From Patescibacteria group bacterium (GTDB lineage: Bacteria > Patescibacteriota > Microgenomatia > Levybacterales > UBA12049), in NCBI GenBank assembly GCA_023484045.1, contig JAMDAA010000035.1:10966-74965 (forward strand): a stretch of DNA of 64,000 nucleotides. Reading direction: 5' to 3'. The notes under the pieces were generated by a model. The model did no database searches, was not told where the DNA came from, and saw nothing but the letters and a program-made list of their open reading frames with translations. A program made the translations under genes and the position numbers. Below are positions 55,162 through 64,000 of the stretch, one piece after another; within the stretch, counting starts at the first letter, position 1; every line of letters starts with the position of its first letter.

Positions 55162-55950
55162 ATGAATAATCAGCCGATCGGTGTTTTTGATTCTGGAGTT
55201 GGGGGATTAAGTATCCTCTCCGAAGTTAAAAAAAAACTACCAAAAGAAAACTATATTTTTTTAGCCGACCAGGCCCATGTTCCTTACGGCGAAAAAACAG
55301 GAGAAGAGCTCAAAATTCTTGTTTCCAAAATTATCGATTTTTTTATCAGAAAAAAAGTTAAAATGGTCATTTTCGGTTGCAACACGGCGACTGTCTACGC
55401 GATCGATTTTTTAAGGAAAAGATATCCGATTCCGCTTGTCGGTGTGGTTCCTGTTATAAAAACGCTCGCGGAACATACAGTAAGTAATAAAGTAGGGGTT
55501 TTATCCACGCCAGCGACGAGTAAAAGTCCGTATCTTAAAAAATTGATAAATGAATTTGCAAATGGAATAAAAATTTATAATGTCGGCGGAAACGGACTCG
55601 AAAATTTGGTCGAGGAGGGGAAAATAGATGATCAAAAGACAAAAAAAGTTTTATCGGAAATTCTTACGCCGATGATTAAAAAAGGCGTTGATTGTATCGG
55701 TCTTGGCTGTACTCATTACCCGTTTTTAAAAGATGAGATTCAAAAAATCGTCGGATCTAAGATTTCTATTTTTGATTCGGGAAAGGCCGTCGCTAAAAGA
55801 GTAGACGAAGTATTATCAAAAAAGAATATAAAAGGAAATAAAAGAACAGGAGATTTATATTACACAACCGGAGATCCAAAAGAATTTAAAAGAGTAGCAG
55901 AAAAGCTATTGTCGCATAAGTTAGATAATGTTTCTACGGCGATAATTTAA
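55162..55950 (+). CDS. murI: Glutamate racemase
   Basis: PIGVFDSGVGGLS ... FGCNTATV ... GCTHYPFL motifs. Confidence 0.85.
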   Translation: MNNQPIGVFDSGVGGLSILSEVKKKLPKENYIFLADQAHVPYGEKTGEELKILVSKIIDFFIRKKVKMVIFGCNTATVYAIDFLRKRYPIPLVGVVPVIKTLAEHTVSNKVGVLSTPATSKSPYLKKLINEFANGIKIYNVGGNGLENLVEEGKIDDQKTKKVLSEILTPMIKKGVDCIGLGCTHYPFLKDEIQKIVGSKISIFDSGKAVAKRVDEVLSKKNIKGNKRTGDLYYTTGDPKEFKRVAEKLLSHKLDNVSTAII

Positions 55951-55953
55951 TAT

Positions 55954-57498
55954 ATGAATTTTAAAAATAAACCCTACGACGTTGAAACTTTGCAGGGCAA
56001 GAAAATAGCGGTTATTGGGCTTGGGGTAGAGGGGGAATCAAGCGTGAGATACTTGAAAAAGCAGGGCGCAGAAGTTACTGTTTTGGATAAAAAAGATAGT
56101 GAGGATTATCTTAAAGATCTTGACAAATACGATTTGATCGTTAGAAGCCCCGGGGTTCAATTGAATAAAATTCAGAATTCAGAATTCAGAATTCAGAATT
56201 CGATTATAACCTCTCAGACAAAACTTTTTTTTGATCTTTGCCCTTGTAAAATTATCGGAGTAACGGGGACAAAGGGAAAAGGAACAACTTCTTCATTAAT
56301 TTATGAAATGCTAAAAAAATCCTTCGACTCCGCTCAGGACAAGGCAGAGAAAAATGTGTATTTAGGCGGTAATATTGGACAGCCGCCGCTTGATTTTTTG
56401 AACAAATTAAATGATCAATCTTTAGTAGTCCTAGAGTTATCGAGTTTTCAGCTTCAAGACCTTACAAAGAGTCCGTACATAGCAGTTGTCTTAATGATAA
56501 CTTCGGAACATCTCGATTATCACAAAGATATTGATGAGTACGTCGACGCAAAAAGAAATATCTTAAAATTTCAGACAGCGTCAGATTTTGCAATTGTTAA
56601 TCGGGATTATCCGGCGAGCAATGAATCGGATATTCAAACAGAAGGAAAAGTGTATTTTGTAAGTAGGGAAAGAGAGGTCGAAGAAGGGTGTTTTGTAAAG
56701 GACGGAAAAATATTCATAAGACTTGGTACTGAAGTGACCCGCTCGCCGCTGAGGTCGGCTTGCCAGTTCGACGAGTTTTCGAACGCAAGCGTCCCTGCGG
56801 TCGCCTCAGGCGACCTCGGGATACGCTCCGATGTTCATCGGAGTCTAGCGAAAACATCGTCTCATGGTAAGCCTCCCCGCGGCGACCCGCGCTCTTCTCA
56901 ATATCCTAATATCTTTGAAGAACAAGTGATCGATACAAACGACATTCTTCTTCCCGGTACGCATAATTTGGAAAATGTATGCGCCGCGGTTATGGCGGCA
57001 ACATTGTCAGGAGTTTCAAAACAAAATATTATTCATGTTCTTAAAACTTTTAAAGGTTTGGAACATAGGCTCGAGTTGGTAGATGAGATCAACGGCGTTT
57101 CGTATTACGATGATTCGTTTTCTACGACTCCAGAGACCGCGATCGCCGCGATTCAGGCGTTTAAACAGCCGAAGATATTAATTCTTGGAGGATCGAGTAA
57201 AGGGAGCGATTTTACAGAACTCGGTCAAATTATTTCAAAAGACGAAAGTATAAAAGCGATTATCGGAATCGGAGAAGAATGGAGCCGCATGAAAGCGGAA
57301 TTTCCAATTTCCAATTTCCAATTTCCAATTATCGAAGGGGCGAAGAATATGTTGCAGATAGCTCAGGCGGCTTCGAAAATCGCAAAACCAGGGGACGTTG
57401 TACTTTTGACTCCGGCCTGCGCGAGTTTTGGGATGTTTAAAAACTACAAAGACCGCGGAGAACAATTTAAGAGAGAGGTCGAAAAACTTAAAAATTAA
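55954..57498 (+). CDS. murD: UDP-N-acetylmuramoyl-L-alanine--D-glutamate ligase with several in-frame repeat insertions
   Basis: GKKIAVIGLGVEGES and VTGTKGKGTT P-loop; DDSFSTTPE and LILGGSSKG C-terminal motifs. Insertions at 56169-56202 (AATTCAG x5), 56321-56346, about 56735-56900 (a 160-bp GC-rich nested palindrome) and 57301-57329 (TTTCCAA x4). Confidence 0.8.
   Translation: MNFKNKPYDVETLQGKKIAVIGLGVEGESSVRYLKKQGAEVTVLDKKDSEDYLKDLDKYDLIVRSPGVQLNKIQNSEFRIQNSIITSQTKLFFDLCPCKIIGVTGTKGKGTTSSLIYEMLKKSFDSAQDKAEKNVYLGGNIGQPPLDFLNKLNDQSLVVLELSSFQLQDLTKSPYIAVVLMITSEHLDYHKDIDEYVDAKRNILKFQTASDFAIVNRDYPASNESDIQTEGKVYFVSREREVEEGCFVKDGKIFIRLGTEVTRSPLRSACQFDEFSNASVPAVASGDLGIRSDVHRSLAKTSSHGKPPRGDPRSSQYPNIFEEQVIDTNDILLPGTHNLENVCAAVMAATLSGVSKQNIIHVLKTFKGLEHRLELVDEINGVSYYDDSFSTTPETAIAAIQAFKQPKILILGGSSKGSDFTELGQIISKDESIKAIIGIGEEWSRMKAEFPISNFQFPIIEGAKNMLQIAQAASKIAKPGDVVLLTPACASFGMFKNYKDRGEQFKREVEKLKN
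56169..56202. repeat. (AATTCAG)x4 plus one degenerate unit, a perfect heptamer microsatellite in-frame in murD
   Basis: aattcagaattcagaattcagaattcagaattcg encodes KIQNSEFRIQNS. Confidence 0.85.
56735..56900. repeat. About 160-bp GC-rich nested-palindrome insertion inside murD (in-frame, no stop codons)
   Basis: Palindromes seen: gcttgc...gttcgacgagttttcgaac...gcaagc, gtcgcctcaggcgac and ctccgatgttcatcggag. Encodes TRSPLRSACQFDEFSNASVPAVASGDLGIRSDVHRSLAKTSSHGKPPRGDPRSSQ, which is absent from MurD orthologs. Confidence 0.6.
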
Positions 57499-57499
57499 C

Positions 57500-58720
57500 A
57501 TGAGTAAGTTTGGTTTCGACATTTCTTTTAAAGATAAATCTTCACGCGCCCGGATCGGAAAAATCTCGACCCCGCACGGCGTTATCGAAACTCCGGCGTT
57601 TACCCCAGTCGGTACTCAGGCGTCGGTTAAATCATTAGACCCGAAAGATTTAAAAGAAACGAAAACCCAAATATTTTTTGGCAATACTTACCATTTACAT
57701 TTAAGGCCGGGGGAAGAGGTTGTTAAAAAATTTGGCGGATTGGCAAAATTTATGGGATGGGATGGACCGACGATTACGGACAGCGGGGGTTTTCAGGTTT
57801 TTTCGCTTGCTCAAAAAAAAGGAAGATCGCGCAATCAGGAAGAAGAAATTAATCTGGTTAAGATTACAGAAGACGGGGTTGTTTTTCGTTCGCATATAGA
57901 CGGAAGCTTACACGAATTCACCCCCGAAAAATCGATCGAGATACAAAAGAATTTGAGCGCGGATATTATTTTAGCGTTTGATCAATGTCCGCCGTATCCG
58001 GCAAGTTATGAAGACGCCAAAAAAGCGATGGACAGAACGCACGAATGGGCAGTTCGTTGCCTAAACTCAAAGCTCAAAGCTCAAAAGTCAAAACTACAAC
58101 TTAAAATTCAAAACTTTAATCAGGCGATTTATGGGATAGTTCAGGGTTCGGTTTATGAGGATTTAAGAAAAGAGTCGGCAAAATTCATTGGCGATCTTGC
58201 CCTGAGCGGAGTCGAAGGGTTTGACGGGATTGCCATCGGCGGAGTCGCGGTCGGAGAAAGTAAAGTTGAAATGCTGCGAGCTGTTGAATGGGTGGTTCCG
58301 CTTTTGCCAGAAGAAAAACCCCGGCATTTGTTGGGCGTTGGGGAAGTGGATGATATTTTTGAAATTATTGAGCGCGGAATCGATACTTTTGATTGTGTTA
58401 TTCCGACAAGACTCGGAAGAACCGGATTCTTGTTTGTCGGGCCAAAAGAGGGGAACATTAAAAACCGATTTAGAATCGACATTAATAAATCGGTTTTTGC
58501 CAAAGACCAAGAACCGGTGACCAAAAATTGCAATTGTTATGTCTGTCAAAATTTTACCCGCGGCTATCTCAATCATTTATTTATAGGTAGAGAGCTTCTC
58601 GCATATAGACTTGCGAGTTATCACAATATTTACTTTATTAACGATCTCGTCGAAAAAATAAGGAACGCAATTTTAAACGGAGAGTTTAAAAAGATGAAAA
58701 GAGAATGGCTGGAAGCGTAA
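57500..58720 (+). CDS. tgt: Queuine tRNA-ribosyltransferase
   Basis: FGFDISFKDKSSRARIGKISTPHGVIETPAFTPVGTQASVK and the zinc site CxCxxC...H (CNCYVCQNFTRGYLNHL). In-frame insertions at 58063-58117 and 58196-58219. Confidence 0.85.
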   Translation: MSKFGFDISFKDKSSRARIGKISTPHGVIETPAFTPVGTQASVKSLDPKDLKETKTQIFFGNTYHLHLRPGEEVVKKFGGLAKFMGWDGPTITDSGGFQVFSLAQKKGRSRNQEEEINLVKITEDGVVFRSHIDGSLHEFTPEKSIEIQKNLSADIILAFDQCPPYPASYEDAKKAMDRTHEWAVRCLNSKLKAQKSKLQLKIQNFNQAIYGIVQGSVYEDLRKESAKFIGDLALSGVEGFDGIAIGGVAVGESKVEMLRAVEWVVPLLPEEKPRHLLGVGEVDDIFEIIERGIDTFDCVIPTRLGRTGFLFVGPKEGNIKNRFRIDINKSVFAKDQEPVTKNCNCYVCQNFTRGYLNHLFIGRELLAYRLASYHNIYFINDLVEKIRNAILNGEFKKMKREWLEA

Positions 58721-58833
58721 ATTTGACTTGATTTAGCAGTCTTGCTATACTTTATTAGTCATGAAAAAGGGAATATTAAATAATTGGTACGATCAGGATT
58801 CAGCTTAACTGTTGGTCTGATTTCTCGTGCTTG

Positions 58834-58860
58834 AACCAGCCAACAGCGGCTGGTTTTTTT
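58834..58860 (+). terminator. Rho-independent terminator after tgt
   Basis: aaccagccaacagcggctggtt hairpin followed by a T7 run. Confidence 0.5.
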
Positions 58861-58871
58861 ATGGAAAAAAT

Positions 58872-59564
58872 ATGAAAAATAAAAAAGCAATCTGTATTTT
58901 AGGAGGAATGGGGCCGCAAGCCTCAGTTTATATGCATAAAATGCTGGTCGAATTATCGGCAAGATATTTTAATGCAAAAAATAACGAAGATTATCCCGAA
59001 ATAATCATATATTCAATTCCGATTCCTGATTTTATCTCTAACAAAGTCAATAAAAGAAAGGCGCTGATTATGCTTAAAAAACGTGTAGCAGAGATAAATA
59101 AACTTTCTGTTTCACAAATCGGAATAGCATGCAATACGGCTCATTTACTTTTAGGGGAGTTACAAAATATATCAAAAACTCCTTTTGTATCGATAATAGA
59201 TGAAGTAAATAAAACAGTTGGGCCAAAGATTAAAAAAGTTGGTCTTTTAGCTTCACCTACAACAATAAAGTCATATTTGTATCAAAACGTTCTTGAAAAA
59301 AAGAGGATAGAAATAATTACGCCGTCTTTAATTGAATTGGAAATACTTGAAAAAATAATAAGAAAAGTGATTAGAGGCAAAATAACTAAAAAAGATCAAA
59401 TAACCTTAAGATCGATTGCTAATTCATTAAAAGACAGAGGTGCAGAGGGAATTATCCTTGGCTGTACAGAATTACCGCTTATTTTTCCACCGAAATTTTC
59501 TTTGCCTGTCTTTAATTCGGTTGAGATACTGGCGATGGCTTTATTGCGTAAATATTACAAATAA
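58872..59564 (+). CDS. Aspartate/glutamate racemase family protein (aspartate racemase-like)
   Basis: ICILGGMGPQAS ... IGIACNTAHLL ... GAEGIILGCTELPLI motifs of the Asp/Glu racemase fold with two Cys/Thr catalytic sites. Confidence 0.7.
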   Translation: MKNKKAICILGGMGPQASVYMHKMLVELSARYFNAKNNEDYPEIIIYSIPIPDFISNKVNKRKALIMLKKRVAEINKLSVSQIGIACNTAHLLLGELQNISKTPFVSIIDEVNKTVGPKIKKVGLLASPTTIKSYLYQNVLEKKRIEIITPSLIELEILEKIIRKVIRGKITKKDQITLRSIANSLKDRGAEGIILGCTELPLIFPPKFSLPVFNSVEILAMALLRKYYK

Positions 59565-59572
59565 AATACAAT

Positions 59573-60592
59573 ATGAAAAAGATGAAAAAGAGAATATTAA
59601 CAGGAGATAACACAACCGGAAGACTTCATTTGGGTCATTATGTAGGATCGCTTGAAAATAGAGTGAAGCTTCAGCATGAGTATGAAACCTTTATTTTGCT
59701 GGCTGATATGCATTCTTTAGCTTATCCAAGATATATTGGCGAACCAGGTACGGTTGCCGATTCCGTAATTCAGGTGACTATGGATAACTTAGCGGTTGGA
59801 CTTGATCCGGAAATTTCAACAATTTTTGCAGAATCAACTGTTCCTGAAATTTATGAACTTGCCACCATATTTAGCATGTTTGTTTCTCATAACCGGGCCT
59901 TAAGAAACCCGACGATTAAAGAAGAAATAAGAGAAAAAAGCTTAGGTGATAATTACTCTTTGGGTTATATATTTTTTCCAATTCTTCAAGCAGCAGATAT
60001 TTTATGTGTAAAAGCGGATTTGGTTCCTGTGGGAGAAGATCAACTTCCTCATATTGAGCAAACCAATGAGATAGTACGAAGGTTCAATCAACTCTACGGA
60101 GGAGAAGCTTTAAAAGAAACAAAAGGCTTGGTTGGTCGTATAAACAGATTGGTTGGAACGGACGGAAATGTCAAAATGACTAAATCATTAGGTAATTGTA
60201 TCTACCTTTCTGATTCGGAAGCCGAGTTAGAGAAAAAAGTTATGAATATGTACACTGATCCAAAAAGAATTCACCCGACGGATAAAGGTACTGTGGAGAG
60301 CAATCCTGTTTTTATTTATTTAGATGCTTTTGGAAAAGAAAAAGACAAATCTCAAATCGAAGATTTTAAAATTCGATACAGAGAAGGAAAGGTGGGAGAT
60401 GTTGAGGTAAAAAAATATTTGGTTAAAGTTTTAAACGATTTTTTGGATCCGATTAGAAAAAGACGTAAAAAATACGAAGCAAATCCGGAACAAGTAATAA
60501 AAATCTTAGAGGAAGGCACAAAAAAAGCGCGGGAGGAAGCAATTAAAACTTTAACTGCGGTTAAAAATGTGATTAATCTGAATTATTTTTGA
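59573..60592 (+). CDS. trpS: Tryptophan--tRNA ligase
   Basis: TGDNTTGRLHLGHYVG (HIGH) and KMTKS (KMSKS) motifs. Confidence 0.85.
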   Translation: MKKMKKRILTGDNTTGRLHLGHYVGSLENRVKLQHEYETFILLADMHSLAYPRYIGEPGTVADSVIQVTMDNLAVGLDPEISTIFAESTVPEIYELATIFSMFVSHNRALRNPTIKEEIREKSLGDNYSLGYIFFPILQAADILCVKADLVPVGEDQLPHIEQTNEIVRRFNQLYGGEALKETKGLVGRINRLVGTDGNVKMTKSLGNCIYLSDSEAELEKKVMNMYTDPKRIHPTDKGTVESNPVFIYLDAFGKEKDKSQIEDFKIRYREGKVGDVEVKKYLVKVLNDFLDPIRKRRKKYEANPEQVIKILEEGTKKAREEAIKTLTAVKNVINLNYF

Positions 60593-60620
60593 AGGTTAAA
60601 TCATTGGCAAATTAGCCTCG

Positions 60621-62507
60621 TTGTGCTATACTCTCGCTATGCCTTCCCCCAATTTTAAAAAAATTAATAAAAATGGTCGTCGCAACTTTAAAGTAAAGAT
60701 GCGATTCTCTTGGAAAAACCTTATTCTGTACAGTTTTTTGTTTATCTTTTTGCTTTTTTTATTCTCGGGTTTTACGCAATCTCTAAATTTAAACAATGTA
60801 AAAACCGCTTCGCTTTCTCAAGTGATTAATGATGTTAAAAAGGGAAAAGTGACACAGATTACCGTTTCGGATAATAAACTCACTATTCAGGAAAAAGACG
60901 AAGTTTTTCAGGCTTTTAAAGAACCTGGTTCAAACGTTTATCAAATATTCAAAGACGCCGGAGCATCACTCGATAAGACAAAAGTGACAGTAAAAGACGA
61001 ATCGAGTCTAAACAGCTGGATCAATATTTTAGGTTCGATCCTTCCGGTTATTTTAATGGTCGCGTTTTTCTATTTTATTTTCCGTCAAGCAAGAGGAGCG
61101 CAGGAAAGCATTTTTTCTTTTGGTCAATCAAAAGCAAAGCTTTTTAACAGAGATCATCCAAAGGTTACTTTTGCCGATGTAGCAGGCGTAGATGATGCAA
61201 AACAGGAATTAACAGAGATTGTTGATTTTTTGAAAAACCCGGGTAAATATAAAGCGATGGGTGCTAGAACGCCAAAGGGCGTGTTAATGGTCGGTCCATC
61301 CGGAACCGGAAAGACGCTTCTTGCCAGGGCTACAGCCGGAGAAGCGAACGTACCTTTTTTCTCGATGGCGGGATCTGAATTTATGGAAATGTTGGTCGGA
61401 GTTGGTGCCAGCCGTGTTCGTGATTTGTTTAATACCGCTAAAAAAGCGCAGCCGGCGATAATTTTTATCGATGAAGTCGATGCGATCGGAAGGCAACGCG
61501 GAGCGGGATTTATGGGTGGACATGACGAGCGTGAACAAACCTTAAATCAAATTCTAGTTGAAATGGACGGTTTTATGCCTACAGAACAGCTAGTTGTGAT
61601 TGCCGCGACAAACAGGCCCGATGTTTTGGACCCTGCGCTTATTAGACCGGGAAGATTTGACAGGCGTGTTGTTTTAGACATGCCGGACGTTGTTGGTAGA
61701 AAATCGATACTTTCGATTCACGCCAAAGGAAAACCGTTCGCCGAAGACGTCGATTGGGAAAAGGTGGCAAAAAGAACAGTCGGATTTTCCGGTGCGGATT
61801 TAGAAAATATGTTAAACGAAGCCGCGATTTTAGCGGCGAGATTAGGTAAAAAGGCGATCGAAATGAAAGATATAAACGAAGCCTCAACAAAAGTTAAACT
61901 CGGACCCGAGAAAAAAAGATTACAGTCCGAAGAAGACCGCGAAATGACAGCGTATCACGAGGCGGGGCACGCTTTAGTTTCCTGGCAGATGCCCCATGTG
62001 GATCCCGTGCACAGAATATCGATCGTGAGTCGTGGATTTTCACTCGGTCACACAATGATAGAACCGGTAGAGCATACTCACGAGACAAGAACACATCTTT
62101 TGGAACAAATAACAGTCATGCTTGGTGGAAGGGCGGCAGAAAAATTAATATTTAATGAGATGACAACAGGGGCTTCAAACGATATAGCTCGGGCGACAGA
62201 ACTCGCGCGGATGATGGTTTCAGAATTTGGCATGAGCGATTTGGGGCCGATAAATTTGGATGGAGAGAATAAAACATTCTATGATAAAGCCAATATCTCG
62301 CCTGAAATGGCAGCCAAGGTCGACGCAGAAGTTAAAAAAATAACAGATGTTTGCTACAAAAATGCCCAAGCGATTTTACTCAAACTTAAAGCAAAACTCG
62401 ATCTTTTAGCAGCGGAACTTCTTAAAAAAGAAACACTCGAAGCAGAAGAGTTCGAAAGTTTAATCGGAATAAAAAAAGTGCAGGCGAGGTTGAAAGCAGA
62501 TAAATAG
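60621..62507 (+). CDS. ftsH: ATP-dependent zinc metalloprotease FtsH
   Basis: Two TM segments, [11 protein letters not shown] Walker [12 protein letters not shown] Walker B, SRH region, and HEAGHA zinc motif. The start could be the Met at 60639. Confidence 0.9.
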   Translation: MCYTLAMPSPNFKKINKNGRRNFKVKMRFSWKNLILYSFLFIFLLFLFSGFTQSLNLNNVKTASLSQVINDVKKGKVTQITVSDNKLTIQEKDEVFQAFKEPGSNVYQIFKDAGASLDKTKVTVKDESSLNSWINILGSILPVILMVAFFYFIFRQARGAQESIFSFGQSKAKLFNRDHPKVTFADVAGVDDAKQELTEIVDFLKNPGKYKAMGARTPKGVLMVGPSGTGKTLLARATAGEANVPFFSMAGSEFMEMLVGVGASRVRDLFNTAKKAQPAIIFIDEVDAIGRQRGAGFMGGHDEREQTLNQILVEMDGFMPTEQLVVIAATNRPDVLDPALIRPGRFDRRVVLDMPDVVGRKSILSIHAKGKPFAEDVDWEKVAKRTVGFSGADLENMLNEAAILAARLGKKAIEMKDINEASTKVKLGPEKKRLQSEEDREMTAYHEAGHALVSWQMPHVDPVHRISIVSRGFSLGHTMIEPVEHTHETRTHLLEQITVMLGGRAAEKLIFNEMTTGASNDIARATELARMMVSEFGMSDLGPINLDGENKTFYDKANISPEMAAKVDAEVKKITDVCYKNAQAILLKLKAKLDLLAAELLKKETLEAEEFESLIGIKKVQARLKADK

Positions 62508-62546
62508 TCATTGACAGGTAGAATGACTTGTGAAATTATTTAATTA

Positions 62547-63179
62547 ATGAGCAAATTCTCCAAAAAAGAGGCGATCGGGTACGGATGGGATAAAGTTAAA
62601 AAAAATCTCCGATTTTTTATTGTATTAATAGTAATCGTTTTTGCTGTCTCATTTGTCCCCTCTTTTATTAATAGCGCGATGACAGCATCTTCTAGGGAGG
62701 GAGGCCAGATATTTCCGACAATATTTTCTTTAATAATAAATCTTGCTTTTTGGGTTTTGCAAACGATCATCGGCATCGGTCTTATTAAAATTTATCTTAA
62801 ATTTATCGATGGACAAAAACCGAAATATTCGGATCTTTTTTCCTATTACCGATTATTTTTCAAATATTTAATAGGTTCGATTTTGAGCGGTTTAATCGTT
62901 CTCGCAGGATTTATTTTGCTTATAGTTCCCGGAATTATCTGGTCGATCAAATATCAGTTTACGACATATTTGATCGTCGATAAAGATATGAGCCCGGTTG
63001 CGGCGTTGAAAAAAAGCGGGGCAATAACTAAAGGGTCAAAATGGAATTTGTTTCTATTCGGGTTACTTCTTGGTTTAATCAATATTTTGGGTGTGATTGC
63101 CTTGGGCGTTGGATTATTTATTACAATTCCGATAACAATGCTTGCGACCGCTTATGTTTATCGTAAACTTTCAGCTTAA
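62547..63179 (+). CDS. Hypothetical polytopic membrane protein
   Basis: 210 aa with 5-6 hydrophobic helices. No catalytic motif seen. Confidence 0.4.
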   Translation: MSKFSKKEAIGYGWDKVKKNLRFFIVLIVIVFAVSFVPSFINSAMTASSREGGQIFPTIFSLIINLAFWVLQTIIGIGLIKIYLKFIDGQKPKYSDLFSYYRLFFKYLIGSILSGLIVLAGFILLIVPGIIWSIKYQFTTYLIVDKDMSPVAALKKSGAITKGSKWNLFLFGLLLGLINILGVIALGVGLFITIPITMLATAYVYRKLSA

Positions 63180-63230
63180 ACCTCGTTAGTTTTTCTTCAT
63201 TTAGCCTTATAAAATGATATAATGTCGATA

Positions 63231-64000
63231 TGACTTCCAAAACTTTTCTTTTGATCGACGGTAATGCTATCTTGCACCGTGCGTTTCACGCGTTGCCGCC
63301 ATTAACGAGTAAAGACGGAAATTTAGTAAACGCCGTCTACGGATTTTTCTCGATGTTTTTAAAAATTCTATCCGAAGTTAAACCGGACCATGCTGTTATC
63401 TGTTTTGACAGACCAAAACCAACTTTCCGCAAAACTTTGTACGTTGGTTATCAAGCACACAGGCCAAAAATGGACGATACTTTAATACCTCAAATACAAA
63501 CGGTTCACGAAATTCTAGGTAAAGCAAAATATAAAATATTCGAAATCGACGGCTACGAGGCAGACGATTTGATTGGAACGATTTCAAAAAAAGTAGTTGA
63601 CGATTTTAATTCCAGGGTTATTATTGTTTCGGGAGATCGCGACATGCTACAGCTTGTGAACTCACACGTAAAAGTTTTAGCGCCGATTACGGGGATTACA
63701 AAAATGATTTTGTTTGATGAAAAGCTGGTTGAGGAAAAATACGGGATAAAATCCTCACAAATCGTAGATTATAAATCGCTAGCCGGTGATTCTTCGGACA
63801 ATTATCCGGGCGTGCCGGGAGTCGGTCCAAAGACAGCGTCAACTTTATTAAAAGAATACGGGACGCTCGAGAATTTATATCAAAACATCGATGGTATAAA
63901 AAAGAAAAACGAGAATCTATCGATAAAACTTGCAACGGGAATCGAATCTGCGGGCCTGGCGAAGAAACTCGCGACGATCGTAACCGACGCGCCAATAACT
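63231..64000 (+). CDS. polA: DNA polymerase I, 5'-3' exonuclease domain (partial; continues beyond window end)
   Basis: Own translation from the ATG at 63231: MTSKTFLLIDGNAILHRAFHALPPLTSKDGNLVNAVYGF...EADDLIGT...SGDRDMLQL...GVPGVGPKTA are canonical FEN/5'-nuclease motifs. Confidence 0.8.

Noticed and set aside
56735-56900. Group I or group II intron inside murD
   Set aside because: The segment is only about 160 bp, is in-frame without stop codons, and lacks recognisable P/Q/R/S elements or domain V. An in-frame inserted repeat element is more parsimonious. It remains worth an RNA-seq check.
56169-57329. CRISPR array (regular short repeats such as AATTCAG x5 and TTTCCAA x4)
   Set aside because: The units are 7 bp and contiguous with no spacers. 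They lie inside intact reading frames and no cas genes are present.
1-64000. Alternative genetic code (UGA as Gly, code 25, as in some CPR lineages)
   Set aside because: Well-conserved genes (pgk, gap, ftsH, trpS, nrdJ) terminate at the expected positions with TGA, TAA and TAG acting as stops. The standard code fits.

Overview
AT-rich bacterial chromosomal segment whose gene content looks like a Candidate Phyla Radiation (Patescibacteria)-type genome. Housekeeping genes found include pgk, gap, rpiB, rpe, nrdR, class II (B12-dependent) nrdJ, a PduO-type adenosyltransferase, murI, murD, tgt, trpS, ftsH, smpB plus a candidate tmRNA, two tandem class-A penicillin-binding proteins, and the polA 5'-3' exonuclease domain. 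There are eight tRNA genes: four tRNA-Ser, two tRNA-Arg, one tRNA-Met and an unusual tRNA-Ile(UAU). The first ~13 kb is an accessory-looking locus. It reads like a Gram-positive/CPR-style type IV secretion or pilus apparatus: a partial VirB4-like ATPase, a PrgI (VirB3-like) protein with a long extension, five tandem TrbC/VirB2-like pilin-type paralogs (two share a perfect 204-bp block; one is a 474-aa giant fusion), a VirB6/TrbL-like membrane protein, and a VirD4/TraG-like ATPase 36 kb away. Interleaved with it are three copies of an inverted-repeat-bracketed four-helix-bundle (Avd / 23S-rRNA-IVS-protein family) ORF cassette and an NTPase fused to an OmpR-type winged helix. Two pervasive repeat phenomena stand out. 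(i) A family of short GC-rich elements (minimal form CTTGCCCTGAGC-NNN-TCGAAGGG, long form with an internal palindromic hairpin) occurs at least 15 times: in-frame inside nudix, rnr, murD, tgt, aldolase and esterase genes, and abutting the 3' ends of three tRNA-Ser genes. (ii) AT-rich heptamer microsatellites (AATTCAG, TTTCCAA, AAAGCTC, AAATCAA) are inserted in-frame in pgk, gap, murD, tgt and pduO. Also present: a candidate cobalamin riboswitch upstream of pduO, a candidate NrdR box, three GIY-YIG genes around tRNAs, an HNH endonuclease, an AbiEii-like toxin, and a XerC/D-type recombinase next to tRNA-Ile. No CRISPR array, no rRNA and no reverse transcriptase were seen.
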